A DNA stretch of 64,000 bases from the NCBI GenBank assembly GCA_026416095.1, contig JAOAFV010000028.1, positions 2,121 through 66,120 on the forward strand, in the 5' to 3' direction. Under the pieces are notes generated by a model that did not search any database, had not been told where the DNA came from, and saw nothing but the letters and a program-made list of their open reading frames with translations. The stretch comes from Bacteroidales bacterium. GTDB taxonomy: Bacteria > Bacteroidota > Bacteroidia > Bacteroidales > GWA2-32-17. Position numbers and translations under genes: made by a program. This document shows positions 18,171 through 29,100 of this stretch, in pieces. Every line of letters begins with the position of its first letter. The first letter of the stretch is position 1.

Positions 18171-19958
18171 TTGTGTACCGATGCATTAAACACACATATT
18201 TTAATAAAGGCATTTTTAAAGGGTTTACAATTTGATGGTGTTATTATTGGTTATGTTAACTTTTTACCAATTTTAGCTGTTTTTCTTATTAATTACTTAC
18301 AAAAAAATATTATACTTAACATCATATTTGTTTATTACTCTATTAGTTATACCATTATTTATCTCCTATTATTTGCCGACATACCATACTTTAATTTTTT
18401 CTATTCTCACATAACGAACGCAATATTCCACTGGATCGATACACCATTTATGATGATTAAACAAATATTAAGTGAATCGTATTTTGTTAGTTTTTTGGTA
18501 GTTTTTATTATTTTCACTTTTTTATATATTCTCTTAATTAAGAAAATAATATTTAATGTAAAAATTAATATTAGGCTTTCTACAATTAAAAATTTAATTT
18601 TTTTTATAATTTTTTTAGGGCTTAACTTTTTAATTTCACGAGGTAGGATAAGTGCTCCTTTAAAAGAAGGCGATGCTTGCATTTCATCAAGTTCCTATAT
18701 TAACCAGTTAGCATTAAATGGTGCTTTCACTTTTTTTAAAAGCTTTTATTATAATATTAATTTTTATGACATTGATTATGCTTTTAACTCTGTTAAAAAA
18801 ATTCTAAACGTTAAATCTCCAGGCAGACATATAGAAAGATGGATATGCTTTAAGGATACATGCAAAAAATATAATATTGTATTAATTATTATGGAAGGAA
18901 TGACATTATATAATACAAGCTTTAAAAATAATAACTTAACATATGAATTAGACACAATAGCTAAAAACGGAATTACTTTTACAAATATATGGTCTTCGGG
19001 CAAACATACTTCAAGCGGAATATATTCTGTTCTCTATTCGTACCCCACAATATGGAGCCGAAGGCCTACAAATAGTTTTGAAAAAACAAAATATTGTGGG
19101 CTTCCTGGTACCTTAAAACAATTAGGATATTATAATGTCTTTATGACAACTCAATCGCTTAGTTTCGATAATCTTCAAGAATTTTTACCACAAAATCATT
19201 TTGATACTATAATTGGAATTGAACACTATAAAAAAGAAGAAATAATAAGCATGTATGGTGTTCCCGATCACGTTATGTTTGATTATGGTTTAAAGTTTAT
19301 AAACAACTATATAAACAATCATAATAAACCTTTATTCTTGTGCTTCTTAACTACAAGTAATCATACACCTTATGTAGTGCCAGAAAATATTGAATTTGTA
19401 GCTAAAAATAATAACATTTCAAAAAAAATAATTGAATACTCAAGTTGGGCAATCGGAAAGTTTATTAAACAATGTTACAATTATGAGTGGTTTAAAAATA
19501 CATTATTTGTACTAATTTCCGATCATGGATTTATGGTAAAACCCGACAGTGCTTTTGTGCCTCTATGCCTTCACAACATACCTTTAATTTTTTACAACCC
19601 TTTCATATTAAAGACAACTTTCATTTCAAACAATTTAGGCATGCAAACAGATGTGTATCCTATGATAATGAATATCTTAAAATGCGATTATTTAAATAAC
19701 ACTTTTGGTATAGATTTATTTACCAATAAAAGAAGGTTTGTGTATTATTCAGAAGATAATACTCTAATTTGCCAAAATGATAGCTTTCAGGTTATCATTA
19801 ACAAATTCGGAAAAAGTAAAATAAAAAAATTAAAAAATTTTGAAATTACCGAAAATAATATTTTAAAAATAAAAGATATTATGACCGAGTATACACTCAC
19901 TCAAATTCAAGTGGCCAACTTTTTAATAAACAACAGACAAACAAATTGTAGTGAATAA
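18171..19958 (+). CDS. LTA-synthase-family (LtaS-like) membrane sulfatase/phosphoglycerol transferase
   Basis: Multi-TM N-terminus followed by an alkaline-phosphatase-type domain (NIVLIIMEGMT ... FVLISDHGF). The track start is TTG 18171, but the frame is open from 18057 and encodes a further TM-like segment, so the real start is probably upstream (see findings). Confidence 0.85.
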   Translation: MCTDALNTHILIKAFLKGLQFDGVIIGYVNFLPILAVFLINYLQKNIILNIIFVYYSISYTIIYLLLFADIPYFNFFYSHITNAIFHWIDTPFMMIKQILSESYFVSFLVVFIIFTFLYILLIKKIIFNVKINIRLSTIKNLIFFIIFLGLNFLISRGRISAPLKEGDACISSSSYINQLALNGAFTFFKSFYYNINFYDIDYAFNSVKKILNVKSPGRHIERWICFKDTCKKYNIVLIIMEGMTLYNTSFKNNNLTYELDTIAKNGITFTNIWSSGKHTSSGIYSVLYSYPTIWSRRPTNSFEKTKYCGLPGTLKQLGYYNVFMTTQSLSFDNLQEFLPQNHFDTIIGIEHYKKEEIISMYGVPDHVMFDYGLKFINNYINNHNKPLFLCFLTTSNHTPYVVPENIEFVAKNNNISKKIIEYSSWAIGKFIKQCYNYEWFKNTLFVLISDHGFMVKPDSAFVPLCLHNIPLIFYNPFILKTTFISNNLGMQTDVYPMIMNILKCDYLNNTFGIDLFTNKRRFVYYSEDNTLICQNDSFQVIINKFGKSKIKKLKNFEITENNILKIKDIMTEYTLTQIQVANFLINNRQTNCSE

Positions 19959-19979
19959 TTTTTTTTTTAAAAAATATTG

Positions 19980-19987
19980 TATTTTTG
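19980..19987 (+). promoter_or_regulatory. -7 element TATTTTTG, 28 nt upstream of ATG 20016 (TPR-ribH operon)
   Basis: Exact TAnnTTTG match. Confidence 0.45.
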
Positions 19988-20015
19988 TGAAAATTTCTAA
20001 TTATAAATAGTAAAT

Positions 20016-20735
20016 ATGGAAGAAAAAGAAAAAAATACATTTAACGAACAAGGTACTAAAAATAAAGAAATAAACGAAACAGAAAGCAGCTTAACTTCGT
20101 TCGAGAAGTTTATCGATAAAAACAAAAAAATAATAACTTACATATTTGGAGGAATAATAATTATTGTGTTATTATATTTTATTTATCGAAGGAATTATTT
20201 GGCACCACTAGAAGAACAAGCTCATCAGGAAATGTTTATGGCAGAAATATATTTTTCAAAAGACTCTTTTAAGCTTGCATTAAACGGCGATGGACAATAT
20301 CCTGGCTTTCTTCAGATTATAGAAGATTATTCTTCAACAAAAGCAGGTAAACTTGCTTTATATTATGCAGGAATATGTTATTTACACTTAGGTGATTTTG
20401 AAAGTGCAATAAAGTATTTAAAAAAGTTTTCAACAGACGATCCTATGTTATACTCAGTTTCTAAAGGAGCAATGGGCGATGCATATCTTGAGCTTGGCAA
20501 TAAGGAACAAGCAGAAAAATACTATAAAGAAGCAGCTTACAAATATCCTAACACTCTTACTTCACCATTTTATTTGATGAAATTAGGATTTATTTACGAA
20601 CAAATGAATAAGTGGGATAAAGCATTAGAGGTGTATGAGTTTATTGAAAAACAATACACTAAAACACCAGAAGGAAGAAAAATTGAAAAATTCATAACCA
20701 AAGCAAAATTAATGCTAAATAGAAAAGATTTGTAA
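20016..20735 (+). CDS. membrane-anchored TPR-like protein (YfgM-like), upstream of ribH
   Basis: TM anchor IITYIFGGIIIIVLLYFIY followed by TPR-like helices (AGKLALYYAGICYLHLGDFESAIKYLKK, GDAYLELGNKEQAEKYYKEA). Confidence 0.8.
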   Translation: MEEKEKNTFNEQGTKNKEINETESSLTSFEKFIDKNKKIITYIFGGIIIIVLLYFIYRRNYLAPLEEQAHQEMFMAEIYFSKDSFKLALNGDGQYPGFLQIIEDYSSTKAGKLALYYAGICYLHLGDFESAIKYLKKFSTDDPMLYSVSKGAMGDAYLELGNKEQAEKYYKEAAYKYPNTLTSPFYLMKLGFIYEQMNKWDKALEVYEFIEKQYTKTPEGRKIEKFITKAKLMLNRKDL

Positions 20736-20739
20736 CACT

Positions 20740-21225
20740 ATGATAAGTTATATAAATAATCCAGAAACAAGAAACATAGATGGTAGCAAATATAGAATTG
20801 GCATTGTTGTAGCTGAATGGCATTTCGATGTATCGGAAAAATTGTTAAAAGGAGCATTAGAAACTTTGAGAAGATATTCTGTAAAAGAAGATAACATAAC
20901 TGTAATAAAGGTACCAGGTAGTGTAGAAATTGTAAGTACTGCAAAATGGCTCGCTCAAACAAAAAAATACGATGCTATTATCTGTTTAGGTTGTGTTATA
21001 CAAGGCGAAACAAAACATTTTGATTATGTTTGTGATATAGTAACACAAGGTTTAACTCAATTAAATCTTACCTTCGATATTCCCTTTATTTTTGGAATAT
21101 TAACCACTTACAATAAACAACAGGCAATAGAAAGAGCAGGAGGAAAATTTGGAAATAAAGGTAGCGAATGCGCTGAAGCAGCTTTAGTGATGATTGAAAA
21201 TAAAAACAAAATTTTCGATCAATAA
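20740..21225 (+). CDS. ribH: 6,7-dimethyl-8-ribityllumazine synthase
   Basis: IGIVVAEWHFDVSEKLLKGA, CLGCVIQGETKHFDYVCD, GNKGSECAEAAL. 161 aa. Confidence 0.95.
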   Translation: MISYINNPETRNIDGSKYRIGIVVAEWHFDVSEKLLKGALETLRRYSVKEDNITVIKVPGSVEIVSTAKWLAQTKKYDAIICLGCVIQGETKHFDYVCDIVTQGLTQLNLTFDIPFIFGILTTYNKQQAIERAGGKFGNKGSECAEAALVMIENKNKIFDQ

Positions 21226-21679
21226 AATTTTCAAAATAAAAAATACTTAAATTTACTCGTTATACCTAACAAATTGTTTTGCTCGTAATTACATTTCAAA
21301 ATATAATATCAATAATTTTCAACTTGTATTTTTTATTTATTTTTTGTTATAAACGATTTTTAAATTAAACAATTTTTTTTTCTAACAATAAAGATTGAAT
21401 TACCTTTTCATTATAAAGAAAAAACACACATATATAAAATAATTCAAATAATCATTGGAAATATTATATCGAAAATAATATAATTTCGAATATTTAATTT
21501 TAACATTAATATTAAATTTTTTGTTTTAAGCAATTTAAAAACTAAACGAATTCTTTTTAACTTATTAGCAAATTGTCAAAGTTAATGATATTTTGCTATG
21601 AAATTTTAACAATAGTTAGTGAAACATCTTCAAAAGTCAGAATTTTATAACCAAATAATTATTCAAAATAAGTAAAAAG

Positions 21680-21985
21680 TTAATAAAAAATAATTTTTTG
21701 AATACATGTATCTCCTACTTCTTCATTAATGCTTTTTATTATCAAATGTTCATTTGCAGAAAGTTCAGCTTTTATTATTGATGAGGCTATTTTAAGGTAT
21801 AATTTATTTTCATAAACATAAGCTTCTTCTGTATTTTTATATATATAGTCACCCACAACTTTTTTATATGCTGCAATAACTTTAACCGACATAAATTTAT
21901 TGTTAAGTTTATAACCATTTAACATTTCTTTAATAATTTCGCTTATATGTCGGGTGGTTTCTCTCTTTTTAAAATTATGGGTCAT
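21680..21985 (-). CDS. DUF721 (DciA-like) protein
   Basis: About 100 aa, immediately downstream of recF with an 11-nt overlap. Pattern IAAYKKVVGDYIYKNTEEAYVYENKLYLKIASSIIKAELS matches the DUF721 layout. Confidence 0.78.
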   Translation of the reverse strand: MTHNFKKRETTRHISEIIKEMLNGYKLNNKFMSVKVIAAYKKVVGDYIYKNTEEAYVYENKLYLKIASSIIKAELSANEHLIIKSINEEVGDTCIQKIIFY

Positions 21986-23072
21986 AAATTTCCTCTATTT
22001 TTCCATTATTTAAAACAAAAATAGTAAAATCTTTTGTATATTTAACAACCACTGATAGTATTTCATCTTTATTGGTATGAGTAAGAAATACTTGTGAATT
22101 TAAACCCAAAATGAATTTAAATAAATTTTCAATTCTTTCATTATCAAGCTTTTCAAAAGTATCGTCTACAAGAATAAAAGGAGTAATACTTAGTATTTCT
22201 TTTAATACGATTGTGATTGATATTTTTAAGGAAATAAGAAATGTTTTTTGCTGTCCTTGCGATGAATATTTAATGTTTTTATTATTAACCATAAAAATCA
22301 AATCGTCTTTATGAACGCCACATGTAGTTGTTTGAAATTCTTTATCTTTATTTATATTTTCACTTAAAAGAGTTTCAAAATTTTTCTCGTGTAATTGCGA
22401 TTTATATTCAAAAGAAATATGCTCCAATTTAGAGCTCGTAATGTTATTAAAAATATTAAAAACATAATTATTCATTAGGCTTAAGAATTTTTTTCTTTCA
22501 TTAAAAATGTAATTACCAAGTTCACATAACTGGGTGTTGTATACTTCTAGTAAGTTATAATCGATTATTTCATTTTTCAGAAGCATATTTCGTTGTTTCA
22601 AGACTTTATTGTACTTTATTAATGTGTTCAAATAAAAATTATTATACTGAGATATTATCAAATCCATTAATTTTCGACGATTTTCGCTACCATTGTGAAT
22701 AAGAAAAAAGTCGAGTGGAGAAATAACTACAACAGGTATTTTTCCAATATGGTCAGAAAGTTTATTATATTCTTTGCCATTGTGTTTCATGGTTTTATTA
22801 TCTTTTCTTGTAACCCTTAAAAAAAATTCATCTGATACTTCATTGCGAAATATTATAGATTTTATTATAAAAAAGTCGCTAAATTCATTTATATTTTCAT
22901 AATCAATTCCTGTTAAAAAACTTTTCGTCATAGCTATATAATGAATAGCCTCTAACACTGAGGTTTTGCCAGCTCCATTTTTTCCACAAAAAATATTTAC
23001 TTTCTTATTAAATATAAATTTTTCATTTAAAATATTCTTTAAGTTTATTATTTCGAGTTCTTTGAAAAACAT
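21975..23072 (-). CDS. recF: DNA replication and repair protein RecF
   Basis: Walker A GKNGAGKTSVLEAI, signature-like SQGQQKTF, Walker B PFILVDDTFEKLD. 365 aa. Confidence 0.93.
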   Translation of the reverse strand: MFFKELEIINLKNILNEKFIFNKKVNIFCGKNGAGKTSVLEAIHYIAMTKSFLTGIDYENINEFSDFFIIKSIIFRNEVSDEFFLRVTRKDNKTMKHNGKEYNKLSDHIGKIPVVVISPLDFFLIHNGSENRRKLMDLIISQYNNFYLNTLIKYNKVLKQRNMLLKNEIIDYNLLEVYNTQLCELGNYIFNERKKFLSLMNNYVFNIFNNITSSKLEHISFEYKSQLHEKNFETLLSENINKDKEFQTTTCGVHKDDLIFMVNNKNIKYSSQGQQKTFLISLKISITIVLKEILSITPFILVDDTFEKLDNERIENLFKFILGLNSQVFLTHTNKDEILSVVVKYTKDFTIFVLNNGKIEEIYDP

Positions 23073-23480
23073 TTAAATGCCTAAAATTTTTCTTATAAAA
23101 GATTTATTTTTTTTACGAAAATTTTGTTCGAGGGCTTCGATGGAATCACCTGTTAATAACTGCCAAGCTCTCCCCCATTCTATAAAACCACCTAAGTTTT
23201 TATCGTCGATATAAACATCGGCATCTATTTTGCGTGGTAAATTATCTTCTGGTTTTTCTTCGGGGTAATTTTTATTTACTGCGTAAAATTCTAAGCCTTT
23301 TTCTCTACAAAATTCAACGGCTTCGTCTAATTCTTTACCTGTTCTATAAGTCCATAATATTATTAAATGACCTTTTTCTTGCAGTTTTTTTAATGTTTCA
23401 ATAGCAAAAGGTTTCTCTTTGCCAATTTTAGGATAAGCATTTTCGACAATAGTACCATCAAAATCAACAGCTATTTTCAT
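23073..23480 (-). CDS. small HAD-superfamily hydrolase-like protein
   Basis: N-terminal DxDGT motif (MKIAVDFDGTIV) and a later DD (VYIDDKN). 135 aa. Its stop abuts the recF start. Confidence 0.72.
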   Translation of the reverse strand: MKIAVDFDGTIVENAYPKIGKEKPFAIETLKKLQEKGHLIILWTYRTGKELDEAVEFCREKGLEFYAVNKNYPEEKPEDNLPRKIDADVYIDDKNLGGFIEWGRAWQLLTGDSIEALEQNFRKKNKSFIRKILGI

Positions 23481-23486
23481 ACCATT

Positions 23487-24494
23487 TCAGTATTTAGGAC
23501 ATGGTATAATTTCCTTTTTTATTTTCTGTTCATATTTTTGCTCTTGATTAAACTCGAAAACTAAAGAAATTTCATGAGCACCTAATGTAGCAGGACCTAA
23601 TCTTGAAATTGTTAAATCGTAACTATAATTAATTTTCAAATTATTATTTAACACATACCCTACCTGAAATATTAGAGCATCATTATTTAATAGTTGTGAT
23701 GCATATTTTTTAATTACCATCATACCTCGATACCAAAAGCCCAGTATATACGGATATTTGTTTAAATAAGCACCAATTTGTAGTTGATCAAATTTTTGTT
23801 GAAAGTAATATAGTACCCAAAAATTTAAACTTTGTTCGTTATATGAACCTGTTTTATGTGTAATGTTATGTTTACAACCACTAAATATGTTAACTTTTAG
23901 AGGTACTTTACTATAACCATCTTTTAACGATTCATTTGGTGCCAGAATATGGTCGGTTGTAAAGCCTATCCAATATTTTTTAGTATAAAATAACAACGAT
24001 AAGGTTGCATCGATATTTGACGTATTATTGAGGGTAGGTACTTCGACCGACGTAGGGTTGTTGCCACTAAAATTAAGCTGGTCGCCAAAAGTAAGACGAT
24101 AAAAATCGATTTTTCGTGTAAACCTATATATTTGTATACCAGGACGTAATTTATACCTATAACTCACATTTAGTTGATAAGTATAATTAAAACCAATTAA
24201 TGTGGTTCCTAATTTACCTTCGCCCGCTACATCGTTTAATAATAAAAAACCACAGCCACTATTAAATTTTTGTAAGAAATGATCTAACGATATAGCATAA
24301 GAAATATACGATTTAGGTATACCTGGCCATTGATTCCTAAAAATATTAGTTACTCTAGTACCATTTGTACTACCTGTAAACGATGGCGATAAATAAATTG
24401 AATTAATATAAAATTGAGAAAAGTGAGTATCTTGACCATGTAATATTAATGTATTCAGCAAAAATGTAATAAAATATTTATTTATTTTTATCAT
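23487..24494 (-). CDS. PorP/SprF-family type IX secretion system membrane protein
   Basis: Signal peptide followed by the characteristic QDTHFSQFYINSIYLSPSFTG opening and a beta-barrel-like sequence. It lies downstream of a type-B-CTD cargo gene, as is typical for this family. Confidence 0.85.
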   Translation of the reverse strand: MIKINKYFITFLLNTLILHGQDTHFSQFYINSIYLSPSFTGSTNGTRVTNIFRNQWPGIPKSYISYAISLDHFLQKFNSGCGFLLLNDVAGEGKLGTTLIGFNYTYQLNVSYRYKLRPGIQIYRFTRKIDFYRLTFGDQLNFSGNNPTSVEVPTLNNTSNIDATLSLLFYTKKYWIGFTTDHILAPNESLKDGYSKVPLKVNIFSGCKHNITHKTGSYNEQSLNFWVLYYFQQKFDQLQIGAYLNKYPYILGFWYRGMMVIKKYASQLLNNDALIFQVGYVLNNNLKINYSYDLTISRLGPATLGAHEISLVFEFNQEQKYEQKIKKEIIPCPKY

Positions 24495-26133
24495 TATTGT
24501 CGTTGTTTTTTTTCATGTTTTCATTTTCATTAATTTGTTCATTTATTTGATTTTCAGTAGGTGAAACAATTATTTCTTCTTTTACAATTGGAGTAAGAAT
24601 AATAGTTTTAAACATATCTTCAAGTTGAATTTTTTCTTTTATATCTATTTCCGTAGAATACGGATAATAGTTCTCGGCTTCAACAATTAATTTGTATTTT
24701 TTTCTTGGTAACAAAACTAAAATATACTTACCATTATTATTTGTCCTGTATACTCCTTGTACTTCTTTTGTATCGAAATCGAGTACAGTTATTGTAGATT
24801 TAACAGGTTTATATTCAGGTTCGGTTGTTATTATAGTACCTTTAAAGATAATTCTGTTTTTTTCAGGGTCAATTATTTCGCCTTTATAAATATCTAAACT
24901 TCCGTTTCCTTCTTCACGGTTAGAAGAAAAATATATAGTTTTACCATCAAAAGTAGCAATAAAATATATATCGTCATATACTGAATTAATAGGAGGGGCC
25001 AAATTTTGTGGTGTTGACCATGATCCATCATCGTTTAAATATGACACAAAAATATCGTACCCACCCATGTTTTGATGTCCTTTAGAAGAAAAGAATAATG
25101 ATACTCCATCAGGATGAATAAATGGAGCATCTTCGTCGTAAGGAGTATTTATAGAAGGACCTAAATTCATGGGTTTGCTCCAACTACCGTCGGGCATTTT
25201 GGTTATTCTATAAATATCTTTCTGTCCATACCCACCAGGCATATCGCTGGCAAAATAAATAGTATTCAAATCGGGCGAAATACTCATAGAAGTCACTGTA
25301 CCGTTGCCAAATGGCAAATCGCAAACTATTGGGTCACTCCATTTATTATCTGAGAATTCTGAAACAAGTATTCGACCTTTGGTTAACCCTGGTGATGTGC
25401 GAAAAATATACAATTGTTTACCATCCTTCGAAATTGTTACTGTAGCATCGTGTAATTCGGTATTTAGTGGGTATCCAACATTTTCTATTTTTATAATTTT
25501 GTTTTGTTCGCGATATGCTACGTAAATGTCTTCAAAGTACTCAAAGTGATTATCTAATTTATTGCCAGTAGAACCTTTTCTGCGGCTTGTAAAATATATT
25601 CTATTCTCTTCTGGGTTTAACAAAGGTGCATATTCTGGAAAAGGTGTATTTAATTCAACTAAGTTCTGTATTCTCGCATTCGATTTAGTTAAAACTAACT
25701 CTTTAGCAACATAAGTTTTTTGCATGTAATAATATATTTCTTCTTTCGAGATTTCTATATTTTCGGGTGAATTTAGAGCTTCGTTATATGCTTCCAAAGC
25801 TTTATCGAATTTTTGCTGTAAATGATATAATCTGCCCAAATAAAAGTTAGCGGCTGGAAATTTATTTTTTGCCTTATAAAAGTAATTAAACGACTCTTGC
25901 GATTCCCTTCTCACGATAAAAATACACTTCCCAAGTTTATAACATACTTCTATATTAGTAGTATCGTATGTATAAAGCTCTGAAAAAATGGGTAAAGCAA
26001 GGTGATAATTTTCATTGTTGAACTCATAATTTGCTTTTTCAAGTTTAGTATAATATTGTCTACTCTTTTTTTGCCCACATAGAATTTGTATTATCTGAAT
26101 GCTAAATACAATTAATAAAAATATATTTCTCAT
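24478..26133 (-). CDS. TPR / PD40 (TolB-like beta-propeller repeat) protein without an OmpA domain
   Basis: TPR-like helices (FYLGRLYHLQQKFDKALEAYNEAL). Five PD40-type repeats (RIYFTSRRKG, QLYIFRTSPG, TIYFASDMPGGYGQKDIY, SLFFSSKGHQNMGGYDIF, TIYFSSNREEGNGSLDIY). CarboxypepD_reg-like module (IFKGTIITTE...YKLIVEAENY). Confidence 0.82.
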   Translation of the reverse strand: MRNIFLLIVFSIQIIQILCGQKKSRQYYTKLEKANYEFNNENYHLALPIFSELYTYDTTNIEVCYKLGKCIFIVRRESQESFNYFYKAKNKFPAANFYLGRLYHLQQKFDKALEAYNEALNSPENIEISKEEIYYYMQKTYVAKELVLTKSNARIQNLVELNTPFPEYAPLLNPEENRIYFTSRRKGSTGNKLDNHFEYFEDIYVAYREQNKIIKIENVGYPLNTELHDATVTISKDGKQLYIFRTSPGLTKGRILVSEFSDNKWSDPIVCDLPFGNGTVTSMSISPDLNTIYFASDMPGGYGQKDIYRITKMPDGSWSKPMNLGPSINTPYDEDAPFIHPDGVSLFFSSKGHQNMGGYDIFVSYLNDDGSWSTPQNLAPPINSVYDDIYFIATFDGKTIYFSSNREEGNGSLDIYKGEIIDPEKNRIIFKGTIITTEPEYKPVKSTITVLDFDTKEVQGVYRTNNNGKYILVLLPRKKYKLIVEAENYYPYSTEIDIKEKIQLEDMFKTIILTPIVKEEIIVSPTENQINEQINENENMKKNNDNNDKNK

Positions 26134-26136
26134 ATT

Positions 26137-29100
26137 TTATCTAATTAAAGTTACCGTTCCAATTTTATCGAAAGTTTGCCCGTTTAAAAATTTTCCTTTT
26201 GCTTTCCAAATATAAACATCTTGCTTGCAAAGTTCGTTCTTATAATAACCGTCCCAACCTGTATAAATATCATTAGTTTCAAAAATAAGCTCTCCCCACC
26301 TTGTGAAAATTTGCAAGTTATACTCACTTACTCCAATAAATATTGGATGAAACACATCGTTTGTTAGGTCGCCTTGGTTATATTTACCACCATTTGGACC
26401 ATTTGGATTTGGAGTAAATGCACTTGGGAATATTATATCGCCTGTTGCTTCGGCAGTTACAGCTCTTATTATTGTAAATGTATCGGGACAATTATATTCA
26501 TTATTTGCTATTAAAGTAATATTGTATTGTCCTTCGAAAGTATAGTAATGTTGCGGTGAAATATCGGTTGAAGTTGTTCCATCGCCAAAATTCCACAAGT
26601 ATGATGTTGCATTTTGCGAAAGATTTATACAAGTTATTGGTTGATTAGGTACATACACAATGGTAGGTGTTACAACAAAATATGCACTTGCAGAATTATA
26701 AACAGTTACTGTGCCAGCAGTGTATTGAGCTTGGCCACCATCGCCAAATGCAGTTAATGTTATAACATAATTACCAGGAGTAGAGTATGTGTATACAGGA
26801 TTAACTTGAGTTGAAATGTTACCATCTCCAAATTGCCAAAGATATGAATTAGCAAACTGACTTAGATTATACAATTCTATTGTAAGTGGTGAACAACCTT
26901 TGAATTCCGATGGCTCATACATGGCTATTGGCTTAGGTGGAATTATGTTAATAGTTGTGCAAAACGTATCACGACAGTAATCTGAATATGATATAAGACA
27001 AATGTTATAATTACCCCAATTGCTATAAGTATGATTTAAGGGTTGAAATTCATTACTTGTTGTTCCATCTCCAAAATACCATAAGTAATGCCAAACTCCT
27101 TGAGTGGTATTTACAATATTAATTGTAGTGTTAGGATAATGAATTGTTACTGAATCTATTATAAAGCTAGCATTGGGTGTTGGATAAACTTTAATAATTC
27201 TTATGGCAGTATCAATGCAGTTATATTGCGATATTGCAGAAAGCACTACATTAAAATATACAACATCGGTTGTATTATTTACAAAAGTATGAATGGGATT
27301 TATATTGGTAGAAGTAATACCATCGCCAAAATTCCAAAGATAATTGTTAGAATTCATAGAGAAATTATAAAAATTTACAGTCATTGGTGAACAACCCACA
27401 GTATCACAGTTAAAAAAAGCGTTTACCCTAGGATATATTAATACAGATTGAGTTGTAGAATCGTTGCAACCATAATTATTTACTACGCTAAGTGTGATAG
27501 TATAATTTATAGGATTATTTGTAATGTTATCATAGTTATGTATTATTAGATTATTATTGTTTTCTTCGAATGTTCCATCGCCATAATATATAAGAGAAGT
27601 GCTTGCATTAGTTGAATTATTGTACATTAGAATACTCGCGGGAGCACAGCCATAATTTACAGGAATACTTAATTGTGCATCAGGAGAAGGAAATACAGTT
27701 ATTGTAGTTGAAAAAGTATCGGAACATAAATATTCTGAAATAGCTATTAATGATACATTGTAAACCATCGAACTGTCTGTATTATTGTAGAATATATATT
27801 GAGGGTTTTCTATAGTAGAAGAATCTCCATTTCCGAAGTTCCATATGTATTGCTGCCCGTTTATTGTATTATTATCAAATAGTATACAAAGCGGGCTACA
27901 ACCTTGTGTAGTACAAGTAAAACTTGCTTCAACTTTAGGATATATTGTAATTGTTAAAGTAAAGGTATCGGAACACATATATTCATTATACGCAATAAAC
28001 TTAACATTATAAGTTTGCGCCGAATTAGTATTGTTGTAATAAGTATGCTCAATCGATTGAAAATTTCCACTAATAATTGTATTATCTCCAAAATCTATTA
28101 TAAAATGAGTTGCATTTTCAGATAAATTGAAAAATTTTATTGTTGCAGGGCTACAGTAATTAAACAATTCATAAGCTAATAATGCTTTAGGTTTGGGTAA
28201 TATTGTAACATTAGAATAAGCAGTATCTTTGCAGCCAAAAGAGTTTGAGGTATAAAGTGTAACAAGGTAAGTTATTGGTGTGTCGACAAAATTAAAATAA
28301 TAGTGAAACATTTGGTTTGTTCCAGTTTGTTGAGAACTATCACCAAAATGCCATATGTATAATTGCGATAAAGGTTCGGTAGTCATATTTACATATGCAG
28401 AGGTACAAACTGAATCGGGAAAAATATTTATAGTATGTTGAGGGGTAGGAAATATTGTAATGTAATTTAATACAGTATCGAAGCAATTATAACTACTTGC
28501 TGCAATTAATTTAACAGGGTAATAATAAATTATACCAGTGTTGTTATAAAAAATATGAAAAGGATTTATTTCGAAGCTTGTTTGATTATCGCCGAAGTCC
28601 CATTGGTAGCTTACAGCATTCAGAGAAGTATTGGTAAAATTAACTTCCAAAGGGCTACAAGAAGGAATTGCATTGTGAGTAAATTGTGCAACTGGTTTAG
28701 GGTAAACAATTATTGTATCAATTATGCTATCGGTACAACCAAACTGAGAATAAACCTTTAAGCTAACATAATAATAGCTATTGTTTAATGTATTATTTAC
28801 AAACGTATGCATTATATTATTGTCATTAGTTGTGTAACCATCAGAAAACAACCATTTTGCAAATGTTGAAAATAAACTTGTGTTTTGAAAGCTGACTGTT
28901 AATGGTGAGCAACCACTAATAGGATTAGCGACAAACGATGCTACTGGAACAATGTTAAAATTTATCTTTATTGTATCGGTATTTATACAATTACTATTAT
29001 TTTCGGTCCATACAAAATAGTACGTACCAAAGGTGTCTGCTAAAATTAATGTTGTATTCGAATAAGGATATAAAATTGTGCAATTGCCGGGGCCACTAAG

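Noticed and set aside
21226-21679. A possible chromosomal replication origin, considered because recF, a DciA-like gene and (elsewhere) dnaB are in the window and the spacer is very AT-rich.
   Set aside because: I found no TTATCCACA-type DnaA boxes or clustered near-matches here, nor in the 42628..43165 gap. dnaA and dnaN are not adjacent. AT-richness alone is uninformative in a genome this AT-rich.
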